Below are positions 39,486 through 52,672 of a stretch of 64,000 bases of DNA, piece after piece. Numbering within the stretch: position 1 is the stretch's first letter; every line of letters begins with the position of its first letter. Below the pieces are notes generated by a model. That model did no database searches and had not been told where the DNA came from. It saw only the letters and a list, made by a program, of their open reading frames with translations. This stretch comes from Podarcis cretensis (Eukaryota): contig OX638150.1 in assembly GCA_951804945.1 (NCBI GenBank), positions 58,032,001 through 58,096,000 on the forward strand, written 5' to 3'. The translations under genes and the position numbers were made by a program.

Positions 39486-41570
39486 CATGTGACTGTAATG
39501 AGAGAAAACATGGCTGTGACCACTGACTCCACTTCTGCCATAGCATCCCCACTGTCTAACTGCTGGGAGCAAATCTCTGCAGCAGGGAGCTTGCTCTCTG
39601 CACGGATTGCACAGGGTTCTTCATCACTGGGGAAGGCAATCTGCAGAGGGTGCCTACTATAGCTACTTAAAATTATTTACATGGGTTGACAAGTATGTGC
39701 TAAAATTAATAAAATGCACAATTTAAAATTGGGTTTTATATTTCATTCCCCACCAGAACTAGCAGAGCTGTTTTGTTCCAGCCTTTGCATGCAAGGCTTG
39801 TTTGAGAAGAAAGGGGAGGAATGGGGAAGCCATCAAAAAGAAGCATTAGGCTTACACATTCAGTGTGCAGCCTGTGGCCGGCCTTGCGCATGAGCACACA
39901 CAAGCACATGTGCATGTGCGCACAATCATCTTGCATTTAGGTGAAAATGATTTTTCCAAAATAAAGGATAAAATACACTCATGGATTAGTATATTCTGAA
40001 CCTATTTTCATCAAAAGTAAATGAAAAACAAATGCTTAATTTGTGAGATATGAAAGTCCTGCTTGTTTCAACTCCATGCCTGACCTTGAGGAGGCAAGGA
40101 TTATAGTCATCTCTCTATCTCTCTCTCCTTTTGTACTGATGGGGAATGAAACTGTGTTGCAGCATAGACACCCAGAGGACAGAAGCCACAACTACCACTC
40201 TATCTCAACAAGGGAAACGGTTCTTGTAATAGATCATTTGTACGCTTAACATGTTTTATGCGCAAACCCAGAAATGTAACATAGGACTATGATAAATATG
40301 CTTTTTCTAATGCACATATCATGCAGGTATGTTCATCTGGGAACTGTGACTATATTGCATCTTTCTCTTGAATGCACAGTTGATGATGCATAGTGTGTGA
40401 AATAGTCGGAAATAAACAGATTTGTGCACCCTTGTGTGCCACTTTGCAACATAGGAGCATTCATATTCATTATGAAGCTTTCTGTAAAAAAAATTATGGA
40501 ATTCAAAATCAGATTGGCAGGATTTGACATTCAGATCAAAACTGTGAACAGCAGAATGACATGAGCCTGCTTCCATCAAAATTAGAGGAAATTCCTGACA
40601 GATCCGAGAACATTAATTAAATCCCATTGATGAATAGACCAAAAAAAACCCTAACCATGTAGTTGTTCACAAAGGATCCCACAGATCAGTCTACATGTCA
40701 TGTGAAGTCTCCAGGTGACTGCAACAGCTGGTGGACTGCAGTCACTCAGCCTCTTACCCAACTTCCCTGTGGGATCTGGCTTTTTCTTGGACTCAAAGAA
40801 ATGCTAGAAAGTTGGAATTGCTAGCTGCTGCAGTCATCCAAAGGCTTTTTAAAATAGCATATGAATTCATTTTTTGGGATGCTAATAACATGTTTGGGGT
40901 AAAAGACACATTTGAACAAATAATCATTAAATAATTTGCCTTCATTTCCAAGATTTATTTAGTCAGTTTTTGTTCTTGTTCTTAGAACTACCATCCTTCT
41001 TTTTCAGACCCCAGGGCAGGTTGCAGCAACAGAACACTTGAAAGAATCAACATAAAACACAGTATGATGTTGTTTTTCCAGAAGTGGGGATGAATCTGTG
41101 CGTACATCTAAGAGTACTGACTGCTGCATTCACAAAGACAAAGATTGAGCCACACACACACACACACCGGTGGGTGGTGGGTGGGATGACACAGAATCTT
41201 TTCAAGAGAGTGAAATATTGCTCAGCCTTTCAGTTGTGGAAGCAACACATCCCCTCAGCCTCTTTCCCAAATGTGCACTGGATTAGCATGAATCTTCTGA
41301 CATGCTAACTTCGGTCAAGATAAAACACCCCATGCAATTAGCCCCATGCACTCAAAGGGACCAGGGTTTCTCAAACAGCATTCAGTATAGCGTGCCATAT
41401 ATCCTTATTTATGCCTTAGCATTTCAGAATCTTGGTTTTTTCCCCCAAATGGCTTGGGTGCTGCAAATATTATGCTAGGCATGTGGAAATTCCTGGATGC
41501 ACTTAAAGGAGTGCTTTGGATCACATCATCATCACATGTATATTCTGCATGTCCTCTGTGGAGATCAATA

Positions 41571-41821
41571 CAGTCGTACCTTGGATCTCAAATGCCTTGG
41601 CTCCTGAACAAATCGGCTCCAGAACAATTGAAACCTGGAAATGAGTGTTCCGGTTTTCGAACAATTTTTGGAAGCTAAATGTCTGGCATGGCTTCCACGG
41701 CTTCTGATTGGCTGCAGGATGCTCCTGCAGCCAATCAGAAGCCACACCTTGGTTTTTAAACGGTTCCGGGAGTCAAACAAACTCCCAGAACACATTCTGT
41801 TCAAGAACCAAGGCATGACTG
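41571..41821. mobile_element. Tc1/mariner-type MITE with internal hairpin
   Basis: TA-CAGTCGTACCTTGG...CCAAGGCATGACTG-TA; perfect 21-bp stem at 41699-41743. Confidence 0.85.
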
Positions 41822-42002
41822 TATTGCCTATATGGGCTTCTCCCATTTGATCCCTGTGATGTAATTGAGGTTGAGGGAGACTGATTGGCCCAAGGTCATC
41901 TAGTGAGTTGTATAGGTGAACAAGGATGCAAGCCGAAGTCTTGCCAGTCTGCTCCTTTTCCTTCATAACATTCTTCCTTCTTCTGCTACTGCTGCTCTCT
42001 CT

Positions 42003-42006
<4 letters not shown>

Positions 42007-42069
<63 letters not shown>
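42007..42069. repeat. Compound (CA)n(GA)n microsatellite
   Basis: Direct reading. Confidence 0.97.
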
Positions 42070-42072
<3 letters not shown>

Positions 42073-43771
42073 GTGCTTGTAAGCTTTACAATTAGTGGTG
42101 CAATGGGTCAGTCCATCTGGCTATTAACCACTGGTGGTTGTGAGCAGGGACGACTGTGGGCAGGATTCCTGCAATGTATTGGTTAGACTACATGACCCTC
42201 TGGGTCTCTTCGAACTTACAATTCTGTGATTCTGTGATCCAAATTAACAATATATGATCATTTGTTACCGCCAAATTATAGCTCTACATGAAGGCACTGA
42301 AGAAAAGGAGCACCACTCGTTGGAAGCCCACCAGGGTCCCAAAAACAATCTGGAAGGGAAATTTATGTGGTAAGCCTCTGGCTCTTATGGCAGTGGAATC
42401 TTTCACAGTGCTCTGAAGACCATTTGGGATAATTTTATCTGTAAATCTAAAGCCATAAAACATAGTTTAGTTCTATAAAAGTGATTTGTTCACTTAAATA
42501 AAGAGAACAGCAAAAGCCATCAACTGAACATGAAATGTTTTCTGGAATGAATCAATACAGTTTCTCAAACAGTGAGAAATGTATTGTGTGAGCCATACCA
42601 GTATTGTGAATGTTCAGAGCACAACACAATGTTGTAATCATAAATTAATTTAGGGCATACAATTCTAAAAAGGAAAAAAAAGCTGATGATGCAAACACCT
42701 CTTCCATTATATTAAACAGGCTTACCTTCCTCCAGTCACATTCAAGTTAATGTTGGATTTGTTTATCCAACTGAAAACTTCATATCATTATAATCAAGTC
42801 ATTATGGGAGCAATTCAACACAATGCTAAGGAGATTGTTCCATCAGCACAAACATTTCTTCTTGCCTCATGGAATGATCTCCCCTCTCCTCCCCCTGTGC
42901 CCTGTTCTGGGGATTCTCCTATCCCCCCCCCAGCCCATTTGGATGGCATGAGGGCATGCAGGGGACAAGAGAAGGAGAACCCATTGTGCTAGTGGAAATA
43001 TTTGTGCAGGGCTCAGCTAGCAGGACATGTTAGTTGATTCCAGCCCTATATTGCTAAGTTCTCCTCACTTCTCTGAGTGATAAGAAGTTTCAGGCAGGTA
43101 GTTTCTACCCATGTTAGTTTCCTGTGGAAGGAGGTCAGCGGAGACTTGTGGGGTCTTGTAATATTTCAGTTTATTTACATTTATACAGATTGCTCATATG
43201 TAGAGATAAGGGCAGATTAACCCTACAACAGCCAACCAAACCCACTGTGTCACATCGCTTCTCCGGTAAGAGACACCCATTATGTTCTTAAAGAATTCTT
43301 TAAAACTCAGCTCTCTCATGTCTCTTCCTCTGTGTCCCACTCTACAAAAAGATGTATCCTACTATTATTAAGGGTGTTTCAACAGTCCTTCTGTCCCCAT
43401 TAACTCACTAGTGTTCAAATTCCAATCTTATTTTGAGAGATACCAAGGCTATGAATGCCAATTAGATCTCTAAATTGGCCAAGCCTGCCACAAACTTCCA
43501 TACCTTTATGGATGGGATGCCAAAGGCAGCTTACTGAAGGATCCAGGAAGTTGGATTCAATTTCCAAGCATTTTAAATTCCATTTTCAATTAAAGGTGAT
43601 ATGGTGTAACAGGGTGATGGTACAGACACAAGGTATTAGAAATGGTATATTTCTCAATGGCCAACACAAGTGCCCCTCAGTAGTTCTCCCTGGGCCATAT
43701 TTATGGTGCCAAAACGACAACCTCCAGGCTGAAGAGGGAGGAATCAGTAGGCTTCAGCGATTTGTAGAACT

Positions 43772-43774
<3 letters not shown>

Positions 43775-43818
<44 letters not shown>
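43775..43818. repeat. (TA)n microsatellite
   Basis: Direct reading. Confidence 0.97.
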
Positions 43819-43820
<2 letters not shown>

Positions 43821-44723
43821 AGGGGCAAAAACACTAAAAGGAATAAAACTTAGGAAGGACAAGGTGTGGCCCCAGGGGCCCCAGAATGCTGACTGAAGAA
43901 ATGGGATAAACAGAAAACTGGGTAAGAGAAAACATGAAATGGACTATTGTGGAAGAAGGCACGGACTGGAACAATGAATAGGAGCACTCCACACTACAAG
44001 AATTTGTTGCAGGCCCACTTATCACTACTGGTTTCACTGTCTCTAAAGCCAATTCAAAGGATTTGAATGCTGAGCATCTAAGCAGATATCCACAAGTATA
44101 ATTAATCCTTTCACCCATAATAAACTGAAGTATTTATAAACTAAATTTACTTTGCTTTGTAGAAAACTTATTTCTTTATTTGCTTCTTCGCTATGGTGTC
44201 ATATGTAATTATGTCTTACAGCCGGGAAGAAAGACATTCCTGGGTCATTCAGGTACATTTTTTATTATGAACTAACCAGAATTTAGGTCTCAAATAAGAG
44301 GCTGCCTTCTATAGGAAGGTGTTTATAGACATGCTTATTATATAAATTATCACGTGTCAAATCTAAATAGTCTTAAATCTGATTAAAATAAGCATGCAAT
44401 GTGGCAAAGTAAATTATAGCCCAGATGGATTGTGCTGTCAGTTTAATGTCAGTATCATTAGAATGCATCAGTGTTTGATATATTTTCTGAACTTTTAATA
44501 ACTATATTTGTAATCAACTTGTGGCAGTCCACAGCAAAATATAATGTCTCAAAAAAGAAAAGAAAAGAAAAGAAATAACAGCCACAACAAAAGTACATTC
44601 AGGTATTTCTTCTTATGGAGAAATAGTGAGAGGTTTATATGTACATGAGTCTCTGGAATGCAGATCATGAACACATGTGCAAACTTTCATTTACATTGAA
44701 GTAATAAGGGCAACTGCGTTAAA

Positions 44724-44755
44724 GTTCAGATAGGTAGTCATGTTGGTCTGACACA

Positions 44756-44804
<49 letters not shown>

Positions 44805-44991
44805 AGTGTGTGTGTGTGTGTGTGTGTCCAGTAGCACCTTAGAGACCAACTAAGTTTGTTGTTGGTATAAGCTTTCGTGTGCATGTATCTGAAGAAGTGT
44901 GCATACACACGAAAGCTTATACCAAGAACAAACTTAGTTGGTCTTTAAGGTGCTACTGGACTATTTTTTAATTTTTATATATCTATTTCAT
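44724..44991. mobile_element. Penelope-like inverted pseudo-LTR remnant with (TA)n/(TG)n
   Basis: Palindrome at 44827-44960 (TCCAGTAGCACCTTAGAGACCAAC...GTTGGTCTTTAAGGTGCTACTGGA); flanking 10-bp direct repeat CTGCGTTAAA (44714-44723, 44992-45001). Confidence 0.8.
44885..44922 (+). ncRNA. Minimal type I hammerhead ribozyme motif (Penelope-associated)
   Basis: GTAT-CTGAAGA-A-GTGTG(CATA)CACAC-GAAA-GC-TT-ATAC: core boxes, 5-bp helix II, 4-bp helix I and palindromic AAGCTT in place of helix III. Confidence 0.65.
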
Positions 44992-45256
44992 CTGCGTTAA
45001 ATTGTTCTCAGTACAAATGCATTTCCCAGTCAGCATTCTGTTTTACAGGAATAATGATACTGGTGAAACACACTGAGCTCAGGATGAGATACAACATTCA
45101 GGGGTCCATTATGCTTCCCTCAAAGAAGATGTGAACATTAGAAACCTAGAGATTCAAGTGTTCTGCTTTGAGTCAGGTTGAAATCTGAGCCCCAAAATAT
45201 CTCCCATTTTACAAGTGAAACCACACTCACAAAACTGGAGAGCTTATGTTATAAGG

Positions 45257-46349
45257 GAGGAGTGGAGAACCTCTGGCCTCCAGAGTTCTTTCAGAGACTT
45301 TCCACGGGCCTCCCCTCCTCCCCATGCCACACTCCTGCTCCACACCCTTCTCCAGTTTTCTGCATGGCTGAAATGTGTCCCTAAAGTGCGATAAAGCATT
45401 TCTCCCTATCAGAGAGCACTTGTTGTTGTGGGGGCCTGCAGGCCACCCCACTGTTGCTGGAAAGATACATTTGAATGGCCATGAGCTGTGATTGGGCAAG
45501 GTGTGTCTCTGGGGAGAATTTCATGTTGCTAATTGGTGGGAGGGGTCAGAGGTTTTAAATACTGGCCACGCAGTTTTGGGCGCTCTTGGGCTGCGTGCAC
45601 CGGATCACTCGCCCACCCTCCCTGAAAAGGGGGGGGGGGTTCTTTGTGCTCTGACCTTGCTATGCCTGTCATGGGGTCGTCTGCTTTTGGGGCAGGGGCC
45701 TGGTAGGAATTTTTGTCCATCTGGCTGATTGGCTGGTGCCATTTGGTTTTTTGCCTGCTGCATAGCAAATCGTCACAACTTGTAAGGTTTGCGGTTAGGC
45801 ATTGGTTAAAATTGGTTGGTGGAGGGGTAAGTGCCTACCCCTCCAATGGTGGAGCTGCAAGGGAATTCCGTTAAAGGAATCCAGGGGCTTGCCATCCTTT
45901 CGTCCTAGTCCCTGGCATCGACTTGGGCCGTGCAAGCCCCCGGGGGCATGAGGGTGAGAAATGAGGGACTAATGCCCAGCTTCATTTCTCCCCAATATTG
46001 TTTTCTCTGACTGGCTTCCGCTGGAATCCAGAAGTCAGTTCTGTCCCTGGGGCAAGGACAGATAGTTGTAACCAATGTCTAAGCAACCACTCACGTGTGT
46101 GTATTTAAATAAAGTTGTGGCCAAATTCATGCCAAAAACCTTAAACAAAATTAATGTGTGAAGTGTGAGTTATCTGGGGTGGCTTGGGGACCTTGACGCG
46201 CAATGCCTCTTACTTGGCTTGATGGAGACATGTCTATTCAGAGACCTCTGGCTATTTGGCAGCTGGACTGTTTGGTAGTCTACTCAACAGGGAGAAGGGA
46301 GGCACAGCTTCCAGGCATGTGGCCCCTGAAATTCCCCACGCCACTCCTA
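45257..46349. mobile_element. hAT-type non-autonomous element carrying an unrelated insert
   Basis: Termini GAGGAGTGG...CCACTCCTA; 8-bp flanks TTATAAGG / TTGTAAGG (1 mismatch). Confidence 0.6.
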
Positions 46350-47657
46350 TTGTAAGGTGACCAAAGTCACCAAACCCCCACCCTTTTTCTTTAAATCCTG
46401 TTTTAACTAGCTAGGCTGGAAGCAGGTCGTCTCAAGGAGATGGAAGGGGAGGAAGTAAAATGTTTGTAAACCTCCCTGCCAAGAAACCTAAGAAAACAAT
46501 TCAACCCCAGTAGTAAACCCAATAAACCCTTGGGGCAGCAGAGCCCTCCTGTGCCTTCCAATGAAGACAAAATATCACCCTATACTAAAAGGCCTCTGTA
46601 CTAAAATCTGATTGCTTCTCCAAATGTGCAATTACACCTGCTGTATGTCATCCAGCCTGGTGAGAGGACCCCTCCCCTCTGAATTGTATTTAAGTCAGGT
46701 TCCTTGGAGTGCAGGAAAAAGAAGTACCAGAAACTTTATTGTGGAAAAGCAGCATATAACTAAAGAAAACTCAATCAACCCAAGTTTGTTCCTTGACTAT
46801 CAAATACAGATGACATATGGATTCTGTATTATGCCGACTGGTTTCAGAAATCAACGGAGACATTCCACTACTGTACTAATTGAAATATTTTCCTTTTAGC
46901 TTGAAATGTTTTCCACTCATCAAAATGTCAAGATAGCGAATTTTGGCAAAAAGCTCCTTAGATATTTCACATGTAGCACACAAATGGCTCAGCAATTAGA
47001 TTCACAGGCTGGGACCATCTCTCTTTTAAAATTATATTTTTGTTTAGATATTGTTTCATCCATTGCATCAGTAACATCAGAAGAAAGGGAATGTGGTACA
47101 GGAAAGATAGCAATTGTCCTTTTTTTTCTTGAGGGTTGTATAAAATTTGCCTCTGGCAGAGACAGTGATCTGAATCCTTTCCTCATCTAATTGAACCCTC
47201 TAAAACTTTGTGTAATTAGGAGTCCTCTTATCCTTTTTATGCTCAGTAACATGCGCAGACATATGCAAATCACATAAAAGTAACAATTCTAAAAATAACG
47301 AGTTCAACAGTTGCTAATTGGTTCATTGATTCACACTTATTCAACAAGATAAATGAAGTCTGACAGGCCATGATGGGGGGAAGGCCTTTTTTTTACTAGC
47401 TAACCTTAAGAAAGTGGTGTAGGAAGCTTGTAGCAATGCTAACCAACCATTAAGTCAAAGCACCTTCAAGCATCTCCACAGGGAAATCCCCATTAATTCT
47501 TTGCTCAGTGAATTCTTTTTAGATTAAAGGCTTCGGAAAGGATGCTTGAACTCAGCTGAAACCTAGGAGGCAAGTTAGTTTAACCAGACCAATGGATACA
47601 AGACTACCAATAAGTTTAGATCTGCAATTCTTTTTTTAAAAAAGGAACAATATTATT

Positions 47658-47794
47658 CAGTGCTATTTTTCTAGAAAAAGAGGTGCGGGAACTCACCACA
47701 AATGCCTCTCTTGTTCTCTTATAATGGCAATGGAGCCCACCTGAGAAGTGCCTAAACTCAGTTCCTGTGAGTTCTGGCTGGGGGGAAAGCTCTG
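47658..47794. mobile_element. hAT MITE
   Basis: CAGTGCT...AGCTCTG termini; perfect 8-bp TSD ATATTATT (47650-47657, 47795-47802). Confidence 0.85.
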
Positions 47795-48058
47795 ATATTA
47801 TTCATTAGATTTTTAGTAAAGAATATAGTTGTCATTGTAGTTATTACAGTTATCATCATCACACCATCATTTCTTCATCACTTTGTAGGCTCAAACAGAT
47901 GAACAAAATATTGAGGTACAAAACAACATTTCCTTTGATAGTTGACCATCACACTCTAGATTACCACATAGGGTTTAAGAGAGGACATGAAAAGTGTCTT
48001 CTGCTGATACTGAACATGTTACTTCTGATGAAATAAATAAATAAAATTTAAAAATTAT

Positions 48059-48148
48059 CCAGTTGCATCTTAGAGACCAGCTAAGTTAGTTCTGGGTATA
48101 AGCTTTTGTGTGCATGCACACTTCTTCAGATACACTTCAGATACACTG
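48059..48148 (-). mobile_element. Penelope pseudo-LTR fragment with mutated hammerhead core
   Basis: Matches the left arm at 44828; the minus strand reads CTGAAGAAGTGTGCATGCACACAAAAGCTTATAC (GAAA changed to AAAA). Confidence 0.75.
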
Positions 48149-48695
48149 TTACTTCTGAATTATTATTGTTCCATAAAATATTAACAATGGTTCCCCTACC
48201 ATCACCTTTTTTTAGCAGAATAGTGGTCCATACCCAAATGTGCCAGTTCTGCCTCTATCACTGGTTAGTCCTTGAATCTTCGGTGCATGTAGACAGCAAC
48301 AATGTGTAACATTTGAAACATTTCTCCTCAGCTGCTCTATAGTGCTGTCACCGATGGAAAAAACTGACTGCCATATCTGTTTTTAAAAATCACTATGATC
48401 ACTTAAATTATTGGAAATGCTGAGATGCACATTGCCTGGAATTATCAAAGTAAGCTATTAAAGTGCTTAAAAGGTTGAAGGGGATTTAGCAGTCACATCT
48501 TAGGAGTTTGCACATATTTTTATGATCAAAACTGGCAGCATTTTAGACATCAAAGACTGATTTTTAAAAAAATATATATATAAGATGAAGGTGACCAGTA
48601 GATTAAGGTTCAAATCTTTATAAAACTGTGAATCTGTATGTGGCAGGAATGTATGATTGGTACACCCAACCCCCCCCCCAATATACTACTTACTT

Positions 48696-48953
48696 GATCC
48701 AAACTACAAGAAAGAAGATTCCACCTAAACATTAGAAAGAACTTCCTGACAGTAAGAGCTGTTCGACAGTGGAATTTGCTGCCAAGGAGTGTGGTGGAGT
48801 CTCCTTCTTTGGAGGTCTTTAAGCAGAGGCTTGACAACCATATGTCAGGAGTGCTCTGATGGTGTTTCCTGCTTGGCAGGGGGCTGGACTCGATGGCCCT
48901 TGTGGTCTCTTCCAACTCTATGATTCTATGATTCTATTCTATGATTCTGTGAT
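48696..48953 (+). mobile_element. CR1 LINE 3' end (young)
   Basis: [40 protein letters not shown] peptide and (ATTCTATG)n tail. Confidence 0.93.
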
Positions 48954-48958
48954 CCCTG

Positions 48959-49217
48959 TGTTGTTGTTGTTTAGTCATTTAGTCATGTTCGACTCTTTGT
49001 GACCCCATGGACCAGAGCATGCCAGGCACTCCTGTCTTCCAAAGCCTCCCGCAGTTTGGTCAAACTTATGCTGGTAGCTTCGAGAACACTATCCAACCAT
49101 CTCATCCTCTGTCGTCCCCTTCTCCTTGTGCCCTCCATCTTTCCCAACATCAGGGTCTTTTCCAGGGAGTCTTCTCTTCTCATGAGGTGGCCAAAGTATT
49201 GGAGCCTCAGCTTCACA
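48959..49217 (-). mobile_element. BovB LINE 3' end
   Basis: VKLRLQYFGHLMRREDSLEKTLMLGKMEG...VHGVTKSRT and a (CAA)n tail. Confidence 0.95.
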
Positions 49218-51904
49218 GTGAGCACTTTGAACACATATGACACTGTACACACATTTTGACCAGGTCATCCATCTCAAAGGAGAAGGCTCTGTTGGCACAA
49301 CCATGCATCTTCTCCATGCTTATAGTGTTGCCTATGCCAATGTGCTGCCCTCTAGAGGTTTTGGACTACAACTCTCATCAGCCCCAGCCAGTGCCAATGG
49401 TGGGTTTGATGGTAGTTGGCGTACAACACAGTGGGAGGGCACCACATTGGCAAAAGCACCTATAGTTAATAACTGGAAAGATCTCAAATTGTGAACTGCT
49501 GGATATTTCAGTGTAATTGTTTTATGGAATGCCATATTTCTTCTGAGCCTTATGAGCAGCAGATATGTTTTATTTTAATAGCCACCGTCAAAGTTTTCAC
49601 AGTCTATAACGAAGCCCAGTGTTCTTTATAATAATTATTTCAACTCCTGTGTGATTTATAGCCCTTGTGCATTTTTCATGGTCCAATTTAGCCTCCTCCT
49701 AAAATTTTTCGTTAAATTTGTGCGCCGTTTATAATGATATATACACCCCATTATTAAAAACAAACCCATTACGTTGCTGCTTAAAAAAAGTGTTTTATGT
49801 GTGTAAACTAAGACACACTATGCAATGTCAACATCACTTTCAAGCACTCATTGATATATGGGGACCTAATGGAGTTCTATGCATAATGTCAAAAAAGGGG
49901 GATGCAGTTGGAATTTAATAGCATCCTGGCAGTGAACTCTTTTGGAGAGAAGCAAATTTGGGAAAGTTCACCAGCAGGAAAAAGAGCCTTAATTCAAACC
50001 AGCACAAGAAGCAGAAATGGAACAAGCAAAAATAAAAATGGAATTTTATATATTACCTTGTCTGAAACACTAAAAGCCTTCATGAATAGTGCATACACTG
50101 TGTCTAAAGACAACAAAGAATGGGAAAACAAAAGTTTTGCAGTTTAAGGATGTAGCATAAAGAAGAGGTTCACTAAAAGCAGCCACATTGAAGAAGGTTG
50201 AACATGTAAATCAGTTCCTGTAAATCTTTTTCACAGTATTTGAATTCATTGGTCCCATTCATGAACTTTTCACAACCGAAACAATGAACGTGACAAGAAT
50301 CAGGATTTGGAAAATGTGTCAATCATTAAATTAAGCAATGCCCTGCAGGATGAGATGCCGACAGTCGATCATAACTTGTGCATTATCAAATAATCACATT
50401 CAAAACCTTATTTTTTGACATCATTTGAGATAGTTAATATGGTTTTCCTCTGGAGGCTGATTTTTTTGAATTCTAAAAAAAATGATCACATCCTGGTTAG
50501 TCAGGAGCATTTAAGCCGCAGTTTACTACTTTGGACATTGCAGAAAATTGTGGTTTAACACATCACAATTCTTATTCAAAACCTGGAAAGAAGAAGAGGA
50601 GTGATGGGGAGAGCTGAGGAGGAAATGTGTGGGTTCAAATTTCATACTCAGACTGCTAAACTATTGTTTATCAGACTGAGATAGTTACCTCTGAATTGGG
50701 CCATTGTTTAGGAACATATTGTTCCATGCCATCATGTTGTATTTAATTGTATTAAATTATGTGGTATCAGAGCTTTTAGGGGGTTAACCAGGCTGGGATA
50801 GCTGGGTTAGCAGGATTGTTGGTTTTTGAATGTCTGATGTAGATTTTTTCAATTTCATGTGTTACTTTCTCAACACCACGGTAACTTATGCCTAAGATCA
50901 AACAGGAATATATTCCATATAGACAGGTAAGAATGCAACATTACTTTGCAGCTCAGCTGCCTCCCGTTGCTGAAGTTATACATTCCAGGATTCTGGTTTC
51001 CTTTAAGATGAAACATTTCCCATTCAAAATGCATCTTGAGTTTTCTATGGTTACCGAAACCACGAATACCTATTGCTTCTGATAAAATCCGCTTGTCCTT
51101 CCCACTGCAGATAGAGTGTGGCTCATAATGTCTTGCCTTTTAAGTCCATTCTATTGAAAGCTGTAGTGCAAATAAAGATGAATGCAATCTCTTTCAAAGA
51201 CAGCACAAAACCAGTACTCACTCCTTCCCAGAACTGAACAATACTTATCACTACAGCCTGGAATCCTATTTAAGCTTACATAAATTTTCATTTATGATTT
51301 TCTCTTCTTAAACCCTGTTTCTAGAACTTTTGCCATTTTTAAACTTGCTTATCAGCATAAGATTTGTATCTGTAACAGAAGAATGACCACTACTAGACTG
51401 GCAGATCCAATATCAATTTTCAGGAGCTAGGAAACAGCTTTCCGTATTTATATATAGGCAAAAGGTTTGGGATTTGGTCAGTGGGGGGAGAAAAATTTCA
51501 GCCACTGAAAATTACCAAAGGTTTAAGGTCATTGCCTTTTGAAGTATCCAACAACAGCTTCCTACATAGGTTTTCATTCTTCCTCATACCCATTTTATTC
51601 TACTAAATATAAAACTAACAGTTTTACCCCTTAGGTCACTAAGCAATTCTGGCTTCTACCAGAAGCAAATTGGTTGTCACCTTTACTGAAAATTTGAGAG
51701 GCCTACTATATTAAATATCTGTTGTCACTATTAATTGGCTGGCCCTGTACAACAGGAGGGGAAAACTGGTGGTTCAAGGGCCTGATTTGGCCCCACAAAG
51801 TCTCCTCTGGTGGGCCCCCAGCTCCCTGACCAGATAGATGAGCAGCAGGGGGACAGAGAAGCAATGTATCTGTGTCTCTGTTTCTCTCTCTGCCTGTATG
51901 CAAT

Positions 51905-52049
51905 GTCTAATTTTAATTTATTTTAATTAATTTTGGGGTGCATTTTAATCAATTGTTTGTTTTTATGTATATTGTGTTTTATATGATGTTAGCCACTCTG
52001 AGCCCAGCTCCGGCAGGGGAGGGCAGGTTACAAATAAATAATAATAGTA

Positions 52050-52085
<36 letters not shown>

Positions 52086-52086
52086 T
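51905..52086 (+). mobile_element. L2-like 3' UTR fragment with (TTA)n tail
   Basis: T-rich UTR, TTAGCCACTCTGAGCC motif, AATAAA and (TTA)n. Confidence 0.6.
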
Positions 52087-52311
52087 GGTGTGCAAGGACA
52101 TACCAGCTGTGGAGTTGCAGTGCCCACTTTGTGGGCATGCACATGCATGCCATGGAGCTCTGCAAGGGCATCATGCCAACCTTGGGCCTGAAAAGTACAA
52201 ACTTTTTGCTTGCCAAGTCATCATTTTCGATTGCCACGAATATCCCAAATAAAATAAAATGTCCTAATTATCCAGATAGAACAGTATTTGAACTGAGATA
52301 ACAGGTGTTTT

Positions 52312-52672
52312 GGGGGACGCAGGTGGCGCTGTGGGTAAAAAGCCTCAGCGCCTAGGGCTTGCCGATCGAAAGGTCGGCGGTTCGAATCCCTGCGGCGGGG
52401 TGCGCTCCCGTTGCTCGGTCCCAGCGCCTGCCAACCTAGCAGTTCGAAAGCACCCCTGGGTGCAAGTAGATAAATAGGGACCGCTTACTGTCGGGAAGGT
52501 AAACGGCGTTTCCGTGTGCTGCGCTGGCTCGCCAGATGCAGCTTTGTCACGCTGGCCACGTGACCCGGAAGTGTTTCCGGACAGCGCTGGCCCCCGGCCT
52601 CTTGAGTGAGATGGGCGCACAACCCCAGAGTCTGTCAAGACTGGCCCATACGGGCAGGGGTACCTTTACCTT
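52312..52672 (+). mobile_element. Sauria SINE, full length, young
   Basis: GGGACGCAGGTGGCGCTGTGG head, GGTTCGAATCCC B box, (ACCTTT)n tail; perfect 13-bp TSD TAACAGGTGTTTT (52299-52311, 52673-52685). Confidence 0.96.

Noticed and set aside
42726-42770. 45-nt minus-strand exon candidate (WINKSNINLNVTGG); similar candidates at about 8609-8643 and 14310-14398
   Set aside because: Good donors but weak acceptors, no recognisable peptide; expected by chance in 64 kb.
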